Source: Eledone cirrhosa (Eukaryota). Taken from it: a stretch of DNA of 64,000 nucleotides. Positions 41,736-54,807 of this stretch are shown here, one piece after another (the stretch's first letter is position 1; the number at the start of each line of letters is the position of its first letter). The notes under the pieces are model-generated. The model did not search any database. It was not told where the DNA came from and saw nothing but the letters and a program-made list of their open reading frames with translations. The stretch is from the NCBI GenBank assembly GCA_964016885.1, contig OZ024752.1, positions 10,726,001 to 10,790,000 of the forward strand, given 5' to 3'. A program made the translations under genes and the position numbers.

Positions 41736-42200
41736 CAGTGTTGTAGTTTGCTTGAAGCATTGTTGAACAGGAAACACAAATTTAAAAAATGTTGAAAACC
41801 ATAAAACGTATTAGAAAGAAAATCAAAATTGCTAAGATAACAAAAGAATCTTAAGTTAGCAAATTTGATAATCTCAAATATTTCCGGTTTAAAAACCCGT
41901 TATCAAGGGAGTATCTTTATGAGAGACTTAAAAGATCGATCGTATGTCTTATCTTTGCGTATGTATGTGTGTAAGTGTGTCTCGTTTATTTACAAATTGA
42001 ATATCCAAAGCTGGTTGAAGTTTGAAATATATATATGACTTTATTAAGCTACTATAAATGCGAGATATTGGTTACAATTCTTTCGTTCCTTGTAGACAGG
42101 ATAGGGTTTTAGGTTTTTGATGGTCAGAGCTGAGAGAGTGTAATTTGTCATACACTCGACGACATACTTCATAAGCATTATCATGGCGTGAAAGAATGTG

Positions 42201-42260
42201 GATGAATATTGCGATGAATATTGCGATGAATATTGCGATGAATATTGCGATGAATATTGC
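42201..42260. repeat. 12-bp tandem repeat GATGAATATTGC x5 inside a possible PLE 3' remnant (41735-42360, minus strand)
   Basis: Direct reading; the surrounding ALTIKNLKP motif is weakly GIY-YIG-like. Confidence 0.7.
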
Positions 42261-42383
42261 GAAATCTTAGATAGTGGACCAGGGTTGAGAAAGTGGTAAC
42301 TAGTTAATGCTAGAAAATGTATAGAATGAGTAAAGAGAGTGAGAGCGTTCAAAGGTTCGTGAATAAAAGGTGGTAATTAAACG

Positions 42384-42780
42384 ATAATTGTTTCTATTTT
42401 AGGCACAAGGCCAGCAAATAACCAAGTACATTACAGGTACTTTATTTTATCGACCCCGTAAGGATGAAAGGCAAAGTTAATCTCGGCGGGATTTGAACTC
42501 AGATCATAAAAGGACGTAACTCTATGCTTCAAAGCATGGTGTCCGACTCTCTACCGACACTGCCAATCCACCACGATAATGGCTACTGATTTGGGCAGAA
42601 GGCCAACAATATTGGGTGGAGATGTAAGTAGATTAAACAGACCTCAGTAAGTTACTGGTATTTTATTTTATCCAACCTGTAAGGATGAAAGGCAAAGCTA
42701 AACTTGGCGGGAGTTGAATTCAGAATGTAAAGGGCTGTAACTATATGCCACAAAGCATAATGTCCGACGCTCTAACTATA
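42384..42780 (-). mobile_element. Two tandem SINE family A copies (one young, one old)
   Basis: 42384-42573 and 42580-42780. Confidence 0.85.
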
Positions 42781-43149
42781 CGACAATGATGTATATTATG
42801 TTGCTTCACATTGGGCCAGTATATACCTATATATGCTCCCCAAAATAGTATGGATATAACTACCCATATACGGATGGCACAGACATATACTCCTGTGTAT
42901 GCTGACCTTAGCAATATTAAATATATGACGACATAAAAACGAATGGAGTAGGTGTGGAAGTAGCATAGTAATTGTTATCGTTGTAATGAGAAAATGTAGA
43001 ATTTAGCAATAAAAGAAATAAAATTAAAAAATTATCAATATTATTTACGGTTATTAGGTGAGATTTAGATCGATGAAAAATCATTGTTTTCATCTGTCGA
43101 AATGCATAACCTCTCCTAGAAATGCAAGCATCCGAGGTGGCTGATATTC

Positions 43150-43830
43150 TATTCCTGCGTAGGTAGAGTTTTCCGTTGTTTAAGAAAGAATTTACTTGGG
43201 TGGAGATAATGATTGAAGAAGCAGGCTAAGCTGTTCAGATAGTTGGTTGGGATTGTTTCATTTTTATAGGGTATACCTCCGCTCCACAGTGCATAACTGA
43301 CATTTCTGGAGCAATTGGAATAATGTCTTTGAAGAATGTTACATTTGACCAAGAAGTCCACACTATTGTCTCTCAGTTTTCATAAGCGGTAAACGAGCTT
43401 GCAGTTACACTTCTTGTTTAGCCGTGGTTTAGGAAACGGTATTTAAAACTACCTTCCGTCATACGGACCTACGTATTGATTTCAGCAGGTTTAGCTTCAT
43501 AAACTATGAAATCTCCATTGCATGCTTGGTCAAGTGAGCATCATTTGGGAATTTTACCTAGTAATGGATCATTACAGATTTTGACAGAAATATACGATAT
43601 AACATTTGGGCACAGGGATATACATTTTTCACAAATTTTCTATCGGCAATTTTCCTTTATGTATGGCCTATAATGAATTGTACGTCTAGTTATAGATAGA
43701 ACGTTTTACCTCTAATTTCTTTGAGACTGGGGGAGAAAGGTTACGCGAGGTTGATTATTTTCCTAGCTCTAGGTTTGTTTTAATTTTGTGGTTATGTGCT
43801 GGAGTGTAAATGATGTTATCTGTAAAGCCA
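43150..43830 (-). mobile_element. PLE GIY-YIG endonuclease remnant
   Basis: Frameshifted CSLDQAC..FIVYEA...MTEGSFKYRFLNH..KLRD...VKCNILQ..KCQLC matches PLE CPL.G.C..VY.A..YIG.T...FK.R..NH..WKLK..C.LC. Confidence 0.8.
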
Positions 43831-43899
43831 CTGGCCAGGAATCAATTGTAGTGGGGCTTGTTCTATCACACACATCTCTTTTATATATATATATATATG

Positions 43900-44690
43900 T
43901 ATATTACCAGTAAGAGAAATAGCTCAATGTAAGAACATAAGTTGTTTTACAGAGCAGTAATATAGATTACACAAGTATCAAAGTTATGATTAAAACATTT
44001 AATCGCTGACAATCGTTTCTTCCAGACTTAAGCTTGGAGTCCTCGGAGCATTATCAATGTTTGTACATATAATTAACCTCCTATTCAACTGAAGAATCAT
44101 ATAGATACATATATATTGATGTTGTGGACAACAGTTTCATGTTTACAGGTTGGAATGGATGGGGCATATATTATACGAGAATTGTACAATAATTCAAATT
44201 AAGATTAAATTTAAAATTAAAAACTAAATATTAAAATTACAATTAAAAGCACAGGGTGGAATACATACGACAGATAATACAAGAGAATAGTCTAATAATT
44301 AAAGAGATAGTACATGCGTTTGTCATAATACACTAACATATTCGCTTAAAGTGCTTGTATTTTATGTAATATCTTGCCATACAGTACTCATATATGCATA
44401 ATACATTTGCTTGTACCATGCCTTTATATATTATTAACGAACTCACAACCTAACTCCATGTAGTTGATTATTTGTCTACTAAATGTCTACGGGCTAAAAG
44501 AAATAACTAGGTAAATTCTATGTGGCTGTCCCTCGCGAAAGATAGTCTGTATCATTTGTCTATTATTTCTTGATAGTTACATTTTAAACTTATAGCCTCG
44601 TTTAAATGATTATTTATGTGGTTGATTTATACGGACTAGGGAGAGGAATATATTTTATCTAATAATTCTTCAAGCTTGCAATTTTTTATA
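43900..44690 (-). mobile_element. PLE 3' end (GIY-YIG tail remnant plus pLTR)
   Basis: HGTSKC..CIYE..KHF remnant; HHR at 44001-44052; (TA)n at both ends. Confidence 0.65.
44001..44052 (-). ncRNA. Type I hammerhead, CCGAGGA core, GUC site
   Basis: AATGCT-CCGAGGA-cTCCA..TGGAa-GAAA-CGATTG-TC-AGCGATT. Confidence 0.7.
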
Positions 44691-45754
44691 TATATATATG
44701 AGCAAGTGTATACGAGTTTATCAAACCTTCAGGTATGTCAAATAATTATACAACCTCGGGTACATTAGCTATTCCCCTTCAAAGCAGTAGTCTTTTTTCT
44801 ACCACAGAGTAAGACATAAATGTTTCCCCATTTAAAAGGAAACACCCGTTGAATATTCTTGCAAACGAATCGAATGTTATCATTATTCGATATAAAACTC
44901 ACGAATACAAAATAATAATCAGAATTGATTTAAAGCTCCAGAACATTTCAAATTTGTCCTATAAATAAATTATATATGTGACATCCCGAGAGATATATTA
45001 AATAAACTACTTTACACCGACAGAAATTTTATAACCAGTCAAATGATTTTAAAAACCATAAAATATATCCAAAATCTAATTTCACTTGGGGAGACATATA
45101 ATTGCGCTGTATTATCTTATACGAAAGGAGTAAATGAAAACATATTTCAAGAAAACTTCGAAGTCATGAGAACGATACTTCCAAAATACAAGAACCAGGT
45201 CAACAAAACAGTGTAAGTCTTACAGACACACCAAATATATGGGCTACTTGTTAATTGAGTGTAATAAAAACAACAAAAACATGTAATGATTGCGTGTGTA
45301 TATGTGCATGTATGTGAGTGTATGTGAGTGTTTATGTGTGTAAGAGTATAGGTGATATATGAATGGCTTGCACCAAACACTATATTAATATTTCTAGATA
45401 TTCTAGGTTTTTAACATTTGAATGAGAACACTGCTGATGGGTTGTGGTTTTGATGTTTCAGGGTAGGTGCAGACATTGTGATAGGGACTTTGTTAATATG
45501 ACAATACCAACGGAATTGAATGTTTTACAACTGGAGCTTTATTTCAACAAACCAAATAGAGTTTGGCATTTCAAAAAGTTTATGTATATTAGATATATCA
45601 TCAGCACCCTATCTCTCATTAATATTTCAGGTTGGTGGGGAATTATGCATGACTTGTTTGTGCTGTTCATAAACGGTGCCTTATCTATTTTGATTTATGC
45701 TGTATAGTATAGTGTTTCTCTCTCTCTCTGTATATATATACATATATATATATA

Positions 45755-45808
<54 letters not shown>

Positions 45809-45847
45809 CTCGCGTGTATATATATATATATGCATATATATATGTGC

Positions 45848-45878
<31 letters not shown>

Positions 45879-46560
45879 CGTGTGTGGGGAGAGCAAGCGT
45901 TCGTATGCGTGTGTGTATATGTATGTATATTTGTGAATATATGTGTATTTATGTATGCGTGTGAGTGTTTGTGGGTTCACCATTACTTTAAAATGCTATA
46001 CATTATTATTAACACTTCAGAATCGAATTCCCATTTGTTTTTACACCCTCCAAAATATGTATTATTTCAAACGCTAATATATTCCAGCACTGTTTTTTCT
46101 TCACATCTTCATATATCGATATATCCTCACAAAATATTTTCACAAACTCTCGTCAGCATTTCTGCCTGTCATCTCTCGTGAAATAAGAAACATTAAAAGG
46201 TTCTATACAATATACTTTATAACTTTCTGCTATATTATTCGATATATTGTATATTATTTCCTTCGATTATCATATATTAAAGTTTAGTTCAGAGCTAAAT
46301 TTGTAAACACGCTTAAATCTCTCTAAATACAGTGTATCCCCGACATTCAGTCCTGGTTATCCGTGGAATTTTCCTTAGAATCTAACTAATAATTGTTAGT
46401 GGAAACCACCGTGTATTCACAGAATCGTAAATATCTTCCGGGATCTTTTTATGGGTTTTATGGGTTTTTTCGAGTGCTATATATTCTCCGAAATATTGTG
46501 ACATAAGAGAGATTTACAATCTTGACAGAGGGCAACAACTTTGAAACTATTATTTTCAAT

Positions 46561-46742
46561 TTGGCAGTATCAGTAGAGAGTCGGACGCCATGCTTTCCAG
46601 CATAGTTACATCCCTTTACGGTCTGAGTTCAAATCCCGCCGAGGTTAACTTTGCCTTTCATCCTTACGGGGTCGATAAAATAAAGTACCAGTAATGTACT
46701 GAGTAATTGCTGGCCTTGTGCCAAAAGTAGAAACAATTATTT
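46561..46742 (+). mobile_element. SINE family A
   Basis: Consensus match. Confidence 0.9.
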
Positions 46743-47994
46743 TCGATTGTTTCTCTCTGTCATAGCTAGAACAAAAGGATGACGATGGTCATCTAAAAAC
46801 ATAGAGCAGTGTGGCTGTTTACTTGCAAATGAATCGATTTTTAAAGAACTATCTCATTCCAAGCCTATCTATCTGTCACACTTCCATCGTGTACCAGACT
46901 TGTTTCCTAGCAAGTGAGGGAGACAATGCGTTGACGCGGCTACTAAGAATAACTGACAGGTTAATAATAAAAGTTACATCTACTATACTATGTAAAATAA
47001 GGAAAATATCACGTTCGATGAGGTTTTCCAGAAAACATTATACATTTCAATCATAAAGACGGTATAGTTATGTCTCTTTTTCTACTGATAATATGTTTTC
47101 TCAACCAAAGCCGACCTGGGAATATATTGAAACAATCTGTAATTATAATAACCTGTTAGTGTAAATATAGAATGATATTTTCTTACCTTAATCAGTTCGG
47201 TGTCTTGAAAATCCACTGTATATCTGGAACGATAAATAGCAATGTCATGCCATGTCTTTCATCCGAATACGTTTGACATATATCTCTTAAAACAGAGATG
47301 ACATGGGATCACGAAAATGTCAATTAATCCTAGGAAACCTTAAATTAAATTGTAAAGGAAAGCGTGCGTAATCTGAATTATAAATATGTAGATAGTCATG
47401 GCATCAAATCATATTTGATATGGAAAAGAGTGTAGTCAAAATGTTATGATTTACTCTCTCAACATTTTAGGCTGTCCATGTAGTACAGGCAAACACACAC
47501 AAACAGGCACTACATCACACATATATGTATGTATATATTTATATGTGTATGCACGCGAAAACGTACGTATGTATGTGTATTAGTGTGTGTGAACATTCAT
47601 ATATTCTAGTTAGTGGCTCGTGTGTGAAAATGTACGTATGTCTGTGTATTTGTGTGTGTGTGTGTATGTGTGTGTGTGCGTGTGTGTGTGTGCGTGTGTG
47701 AACATTCATATAGTGTAGTTAATGGCATGTGTGTGAAAATGCGTCAAATAGTCTTATCCTCCGGACGCGTACACGTGAAATATATTTTAAACAGCCCATG
47801 CCCTCACAACAAAACTAGTTCGGACTTTCTGTTGTTTAGTGAAACATTAGATAACAGTGTGTTCATGGTCTCCTATCAGAAGGGGCTGCATATGGTCTCC
47901 CAAATATAACCTCTTTTAATTGAAATAAAATTCAAACTATTCTACATAATAGTACTATGTATTTAGTCACACTGCCACATTCTTTTCCCCTAAA

Positions 47995-48290
47995 CAGAGC
48001 CATGGGCAACCTGCGGCCCGCGAAGCTTTCTGAATGGCTCGCCTAAGTCACCTCAGTGAAATCTTTCTGATTTTCTTATCCCTACTTTTCAATCGTAATT
48101 TATCTTTCTATCATCTTTACGATCATGGAAAACAACGTGTACGAATTCTGAAGAAACAAATCAAAATAACCTAAGTTTCAGCCCTTTTTTTTTTAATGTG
48201 GGAAAGAATGTAAATTAGCGCTTTCGGCCCGCCTGATGATGAACTATATCTCATGCGGCCCGTTTCTCGAAAAATGTTGCCCACGTTAGT
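47995..48290. mobile_element. hAT-like MITE
   Basis: CAG..ATGGGCAAC / GTTGCCCAC termini with subterminal GCGGCCCG motifs. Confidence 0.55.
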
Positions 48291-48424
48291 AAAAATTCAC
48301 CGATAACACATCGTAAGACATCAACGATGATAACTCGCAACAAGAGCGATAATGTTATACACACAGCTAAAATATACAGGAAATCCCGACAGTATTTATA
48401 TAACGTTACTATTATATCTAGATC

Positions 48425-48775
48425 TAGGCGGCAAATTGACAGAGTCGTTAGAACGTCGGATAGAAGGATTAATGTGTGTTCTTTCCGTCTCTCTCCTCTC
48501 TGGGTTCAAACATCCCGAGGTCAACTTTGCCTTTTATTCTCCCGAGATCGATAAAAAAGTACCAGTCTACCAGTCTAGTACTGAGGTGGAATCATCCTCT
48601 ATTTCTCTTTCTCAATTCCTTTCTCTCACTTCCTCTCTCTCTCTCTCTCTCTCTCTGGGAGAAATCTGCTGTACTCAGGCCTGGCGTGGCATGGTCTCCG
48701 CCAGGCTTAAAATACCCAAGTAACGCCCGTAAATCAATATGGCCCCCTACGACTATCAGGAGTTACGGGACGGTA
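48425..48775 (+). mobile_element. SINE subfamily C
   Basis: Homologous to 26335-26640. Confidence 0.75.
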
Positions 48776-48793
48776 CAATACAATACAAATATT

Positions 48794-48946
48794 AGGGCGG
48801 TGGTTTAGCAGTATCGGTAGGTAGAGGGTCGGATGCCATATTTTGCAGTATAGAGTTACGGCCCTTTATGGTCATTCTTAAGGGTCGATTTATTGACTTT
48901 CCCTTCCCAAAATTTGCTGGCCGCGTGCCTATATAAGAAACCATTA
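48794..48946 (+). mobile_element. SINE family A with internal deletion of B-box and core
   Basis: Head and tail present, core missing. Confidence 0.7.
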
Positions 48947-49669
48947 TACGTACATAGCTAGTCGGCATTGGCACCCCGATTATAACTCTACATATTTATA
49001 TATTCAAATTAGTGAGTCTACCAAACATCATACAATCCTACCTCTGCACACGCGGTGTAATTTAACTGGTATTGGGTGATGCGTCATGCAATATGAACGA
49101 CACGCCATTAATGAGTCTATGAGAGTTGTAATGTAGTGAAACCTTATATTCTTATACGTAATTGTTTTGTTGATTTCAGCACAGAATTTCTATGATGAAG
49201 TTGCATTTCTTTTAATGGTATTTCATCCCATATATCAACAGCAATTTATTATTCGGTCGTCAAGTATGAAATTCGTAGAAAAAAAAAAACCTATGACCAC
49301 TACAAATTTCATATTTGAGGACCCAATGTATTTCCATCTACTTTACTGATAAACATTTAAATTTACATGAGCTGAATATGAAGAAGCTTGCACATATATT
49401 ACAATAGATACTGTTAAGCTGTATCACGATCAACAAATCATTAATAGATATATGCCGTTAATTTATTTTACTGGCTTCAGTAATAACACTGCAGTTATAC
49501 AGAATCAAACTCTCCAGGTGATTTAGAGAAAATATCTGCTCAATGCTAACCGAAAATTTCAGTGAGTAATATTATATTTTCAAAAAACTGCGGGTTTAAA
49601 CAATCACTTAACCAAGGCATGGTCAGAATCTTAGATGTGGATATGAGATAAAGTTAATTAAAATATTGA

Positions 49670-50130
49670 GAATGATATATGTAGTATAGTGAATGATATA
49701 TGTAGTATAGTGAATGATATATGAACTATATTGAAAGATATATATAGTATAGTGAATGATATATCTAGTATGGTGAATAATAATATTTATATAGTATAGT
49801 GAATGATTTATAAACTATAGTGTAGGATATATAAGCTATAGTGAATGATATATATAGTAAATTATAATATATATATAGTATAGTGAATGATATATAAACT
49901 ATATTGAAAGATATATGTAGTATAGTGAATGATATATGAACTATATTGAAAGATATAGATAGTATAGTGAATGATATATATAGTGTAGTGAATGATATAT
50001 ATAGTGTAGTGAGTGATATATATAGTATAGTGAGGGATATATATATAGTATAGTGAAAGATATATAAACTATAGTGACTGATATATATAGTATAGTGAAT
50101 GATATATCAATATAAAGAATGATATATATA
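49670..50130. repeat. About 22-bp minisatellite ATATATAGTATAGTGAATGAT
   Basis: About 20 imperfect copies. Confidence 0.9.
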
Positions 50131-50133
50131 GAA

Positions 50134-50234
50134 CTAGCTGAGGTACCGGGCTTCACCCGGGAGAACAGTTGCGAGAAGACAGATAAAAGAGAAAACGACT
50201 GTGTTGGATGTGTTGTCTGTTTTATAATATGGGA
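50134..50234 (-). mobile_element. 101-bp non-autonomous Helitron
   Basis: Minus strand reads A|TCCCATATTATAAA...CCGGG tgaag CCCGG-tacctcag-CTAG|T. Confidence 0.75.
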
Positions 50235-50254
50235 TGAGACAGTAGTATGTGTGT

Positions 50255-50287
<33 letters not shown>

Positions 50288-50487
50288 CGAGAGAGAGAGA
50301 AAGAGAGGGATAAAGAGAGATAGAGAGACATAAAAAAAAAACAATCATAAAACTTCCTTATTTGGCTGGCAGAGTAAACAGCCGATTATATAAAATACAG
50401 TGCATGATATATTAACGAAGTGTTTTTATATATTTCTCTCCATTAAATGATTTGTATTTTCCTACAAAAAGGCATTATATACTAACA

Positions 50488-50680
50488 GGGCGGTGGATTG
50501 GCAGTATCGGTAGAGGGTCGGATGACATGTTTTGACGCATAGAATTACGGCCCTTGCCATTCTGAGTTCAAATCCCGCCGAGGTTAACTTTGCCTTTCAT
50601 CCTTACAGGGTCGATAAAATAAAGTACCAGTAATACAATGAGGTAATTGCTGACCTTGTGCCAAATGTAGAAACAATTAT
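50488..50680 (+). mobile_element. SINE family A, full length, TSD ATTATATACTAACA
   Basis: A-box TGGCAGTATCGG, B-box, TSD at 50474-50487 / 50676-50689. Confidence 0.92.
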
Positions 50681-51128
50681 ATACTAACATTTCATTTAAT
50701 ATTTTAATTTTACCCGCTTTTCAAATATATTTAAATATGAGGGTCCCCAAATAACACGAATACAGATCAGTAAGGGCAAGATTGATAAAAATATATATAA
50801 ATTCGGAATCGAAATAAAATCTCTAAATATTAGCACAGCTCCCTCAACATCCCCCGGAGTAACTTACTCACACAACTAGACAATAAAGCAGTACACACAT
50901 ATATAAGCACACGCAATTCACATACATACACAGTATACAAAACACACACACATACACACACATATATCTACATGTGTATAGTATGTCTTAAGCCAGAAGA
51001 CACATCTGGTCGGTGCTTCTCCCGGATTCACCGCGAGGAGCAGTTGAGAGTACAAGACTTCCCCTGGACAAGACGCCAGTCCATCACAGGGTTAAACCAT
51101 CAGCTATTTCAACGTATATATATATTAA

Positions 51129-51349
51129 GTGAAGGCGTGTGGCGGAGTGGTTAGGGAATTGGATTCGCAATCGTAAGGTTGCGAGTTCGATTCCTGGACC
51201 AGGCGATGCGTTATGTCCTTGAGCAAGACACTTTATTTCACGTTGCTCCTTCTACCTGGAGTTGCGACCGATAGATAGTACTAGCAATTGGAAAGACCAA
51301 CGGAAACATTGTTCCCTCGGTCCGATTTGACGAAAGTCGATCGTTCCTA
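51129..51349 (+). mobile_element. CORE-type SINE family B3
   Basis: TGGCGGAGTGG A-box, GAGTTCGATTCC B-box, TGTCCTTGAGCAAGACACTT; near-identical partner at 52127-52330. Confidence 0.85.
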
Positions 51350-51699
51350 TATATATTAAAGTTTCATATACATATGAACATCTATACTGTAGATTCACTA
51401 ATACACACCAACTCACTCATGACGCATTCGCCCACACAAAACTCTAAGGTGTACATACATTTTTCTTTCACACATGCACATGTCCGCACTATCAAATAAT
51501 AAGCAAATCTACAGAAAAGTTGTAACGCAACTACCTACATGACATTCATACATGCAGGCATTGATTTACGTAGTAGATAGTTTTATACAATATATATATA
51601 GCATAAAGCTAAAGCACACGTTTATAAACTCAAAATGTGGAAGATGTAGTAGTCACATACCACGCTACTCTAAAATACAATGACTTATATATTGGGTAT

Positions 51700-51948
51700 A
51701 TCGATCACGAATAACCAAGGGATTTGCGCCTAGAAAGTTCCCACCAGAGGCAAAAGTCCGGGCAATGTTGTTTGTGGAAAACCAGCAATAATCCAAGCAT
51801 ACCAGTCTCCCCTCTCCATACCACAGATGCTGTCTAAGGAAAAGACAAAAGGCGATACAGTTTGACACCAGTGACGTCGGAACTCCTTTCCACAGCTGAG
51901 TGAACTGGAGTAACGTGGAATAAAGTGCATTGCTCAAGAACACAACAA
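51700..51948 (-). mobile_element. CORE-type SINE family B2 (head missing)
   Basis: Homologous to 30360-30620. Confidence 0.75.
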
Positions 51949-52126
51949 GGCACTTTATTTTACTTTATTGGGTAACACATGGACGAAGCAGCATACACAC
52001 GCATACCCATAAACCTACCACTGCCAAACAATATTTTCTCATATGTGAGACACGCGTTTACAACTCACCAAGATCCAACGTTCACAGGCTAAAATTATTC
52101 ACACTCGCTCAATATTTAACATATCT

Positions 52127-52330
52127 GAGTGGTTAGAGAATTGGATTCGCAATCGTAAAGTTGTGAGTTCGATTCCTGGACCAGGCGATGCGTAATGTCC
52201 TTGAGCAAGACACTTTATTTCACGTTGCTCCTTCTACCTGGAATTGCGACCGATAGATAGTATTAGCAATTGGAAAGACCAACGGAAACATTGATTCCTC
52301 GGTCCGATTTGACGAAAGTTAATCGTTCCT
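52127..52330 (+). mobile_element. CORE-type SINE family B3
   Basis: Copy of 51146-51349. Confidence 0.85.
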
Positions 52331-52454
52331 TTAAACATACACTCACATAAACACGCATTCCTATATGCCACACCCCAACTTGACATCTGCTTTGTTGGGG
52401 GTACAGAATCGGGCTAATTACATCCTTTCATCCTTCTAATTTCAAAATGTCACC

Positions 52455-52800
52455 ATCTTCTTCTGCTTCGCCCACTTATTCCTGAGAGGGTCATGGGGCT
52501 AGAATCCACAAACTCTCCTTCCAATTGTTCCTGTCAGAAGTTACCTTCTCCGATTGATCCGGTTGGATCCTCAAGCGTGACCAGCCAAGTTTATGAATAT
52601 TATTCAACCACCTACCTTGCTCGAGGTGTAGCCCTGGGTCTCTTGTCGGTTAGTTTTGCCCACAAAATCTGTCCAGAGATTCATTCCTGGGACATTCTAA
52701 CCGCATGCCGATAATATCGGAGCGCTAATATATAGTCCGAGCTACGCATTTTATCGAGCAACGTTACTCCAAAACGTTATTTCAAAGTGTCACCTATGTT
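52455..52800 (-). mobile_element. Rex3/Expander-like RTE 3' end
   Basis: LRYYRHAVRMSQE..KRPRATPRAR..WLNNIHKLGWSRLRIQPDQ..DRNNW; shares GCTCCGATATTAT with the fragment at 29706. Confidence 0.75.
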
Positions 52801-52977
52801 AATGCAACTATTTGATGTCAATATTTTCTATACCTTTTTTGCTGTATTTCCTTTCATTCATCTCAAGTTTTATGAATCAAGGACCAGCACATGGATCAAG
52901 AGAATATATTTTAATATCTCTCTGCCTGAAACTAATAACGGTTCTTGTTTTGAACTTCACACACATATATATATATA

Positions 52978-53168
52978 TAACAAAGGAGGTGTGATACGGA
53001 ACCAGATGGACCATAACGCACCAGAGTACTCAATACTAAGGATAGTAGAGTGGGTAATAGGAAAACGTTTAACCGCGACGGCAGAACTCAAGGCGTTTCG
53101 ACGGCTATTTCTGGACCAGAAATAGCCGTCGATACGGTTTGAGCACTGCCGTCGGGGTTAAATAATTT

Positions 53169-53172
<4 letters not shown>
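52978..53172. mobile_element. pLTR fold-back (family of 33756-33940)
   Basis: Hairpin 53058-53172 centred at 53115; (TA)n flanks. Confidence 0.75.
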
Positions 53173-53240
<68 letters not shown>

Positions 53241-53394
53241 CATATATATACAAAGATGTATTTTCATATATATCCATATATATATATATAAATATGTGTG
53301 TGTATATATATATATAGAGAGATGTATTTACATATATATAGATGTATTTACATATATATCCATATATATATTTATATATATATATTAATGTATA

Positions 53395-54087
53395 GTAATA
53401 ATAATAAATTTGAAGACTAAAATCCAAAGAGGGCTCGATAAGGATAAATATATATCAAATATACCGTAGAGCAAATATTTATTAAAATAACAGATTAAAG
53501 TTTAAGTAAAGAATCGCTGCTTTCACCCTTAACGGGATCTTCTGAAACTAAAAAAGTCAATCTGTGAATACAGAAGTAAATATTTCAAAAAACGTTGCAA
53601 CCGAAGGAAGACAGGAAGACGATACTTTGGTTCGTGGAAACGTTCCCTGGCAAATATCGGAAAAACACCCACATTTATGGTCTAAATGAAGTCGTAGACT
53701 AATATTCTATTTAGGAAACCGACTGAATCTCGGCTTCAGAGTTAAGAATAAAGTAAATAAAATACAGAGGTAAATGAATTAAATATATACATACACGCAT
53801 CCAAATACGTACATACACAAGCATACGCTAAAACACTCTACGACCTCAATTATACCATAAACGTGGTTTTGTCTTTGCGTGTAATTGTTCTCGTATCCTT
53901 CCACTCTTTACCAGGGAACGTTTCCACAAACCAAAGTATCGTCTTCCTGTCTTACTTCGGTTGCAACATATTTTGAAATATTTACTTCTGCGTTCACAGT
54001 TTGACTTTTTTAGTTTCTGAAGGTCCCGTTAAGAGTGAAAGCAGCGATTCTTTGCTTAAACTGTAATCTATTATTTTAATAAATATA
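53395..54087. mobile_element. PLE pLTR inverted pair with 260-bp spacer
   Basis: Arms 53475-53651 / 53911-54087; HHRs at 53499-53549 (minus) and 54012-54062 (plus): AGTTT-CTGAAG(A)-TCCCgttaaGGGT-GAAA-GCA..TGC-TT-AAACT. Confidence 0.8.
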
Positions 54088-54719
54088 TATTAATATATAT
54101 ATATATATATGCATATACATATATACAAATATATGTATATGCATTTATATACATATGAGTAATGAAAGACAGATATGTAATAGATAGATTTATAATTAAG
54201 AAATTGTGTGCCTATATACATCGACATAACTGTTTTTTTTTTTTGTTTTTGCTATCTTTTTTTCATTAAGATAACAGACATTAGACAATATATCTAAAGT
54301 ATATAATAATTCGTTTGGCCCATCGGACAATGCGATACGTTTAATGTAATATGTATTATTATTTATATACATCAGTTCAATATGCTAGTGAATATCATTC
54401 TTGACGTTTAGTTTTAGGCAAATGAGATGGAAAATAACAGCTGAACTGCAGAAAGAATTATATACATTTCGTTTGTGATTAATATTCAGTTTTCATTGTA
54501 TTGTATGTGTTGTTAGTTTTATATTGCCTGTAGATCAGATTGATTTCAAAATTATGTTATATTATTATGTTTCTGTAATTTTACATACAATGCAATAGTT
54601 CATGTATTTCTCTCCTTACATCTCTTACGTATCACTCTTATTCTTACCAGCCCTCTCTCTCTCTCTCTGTACATCTTCCTCTTATAATATATAATACTTA
54701 TATATTACATAGAAACGCA

Positions 54720-54772
<53 letters not shown>

Positions 54773-54807
54773 GTAAGAATATTTTCGAAACAGCGAGTGG
54801 GTTTGAA

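Noticed and set aside
45565-45612. CTGATGA...GAAA on the minus strand
   Set aside because: No stem I partner follows a UH site; likely a chance match.
48225-48275. CTGATGA...GAAA on the plus strand
   Set aside because: No closing stems, and it lies within a hAT-like MITE subterminal region.
51129-51205. tRNA gene
   Set aside because: The tRNA-like head continues into a CORE-type SINE body and is multicopy; no clean acceptor stem was found.
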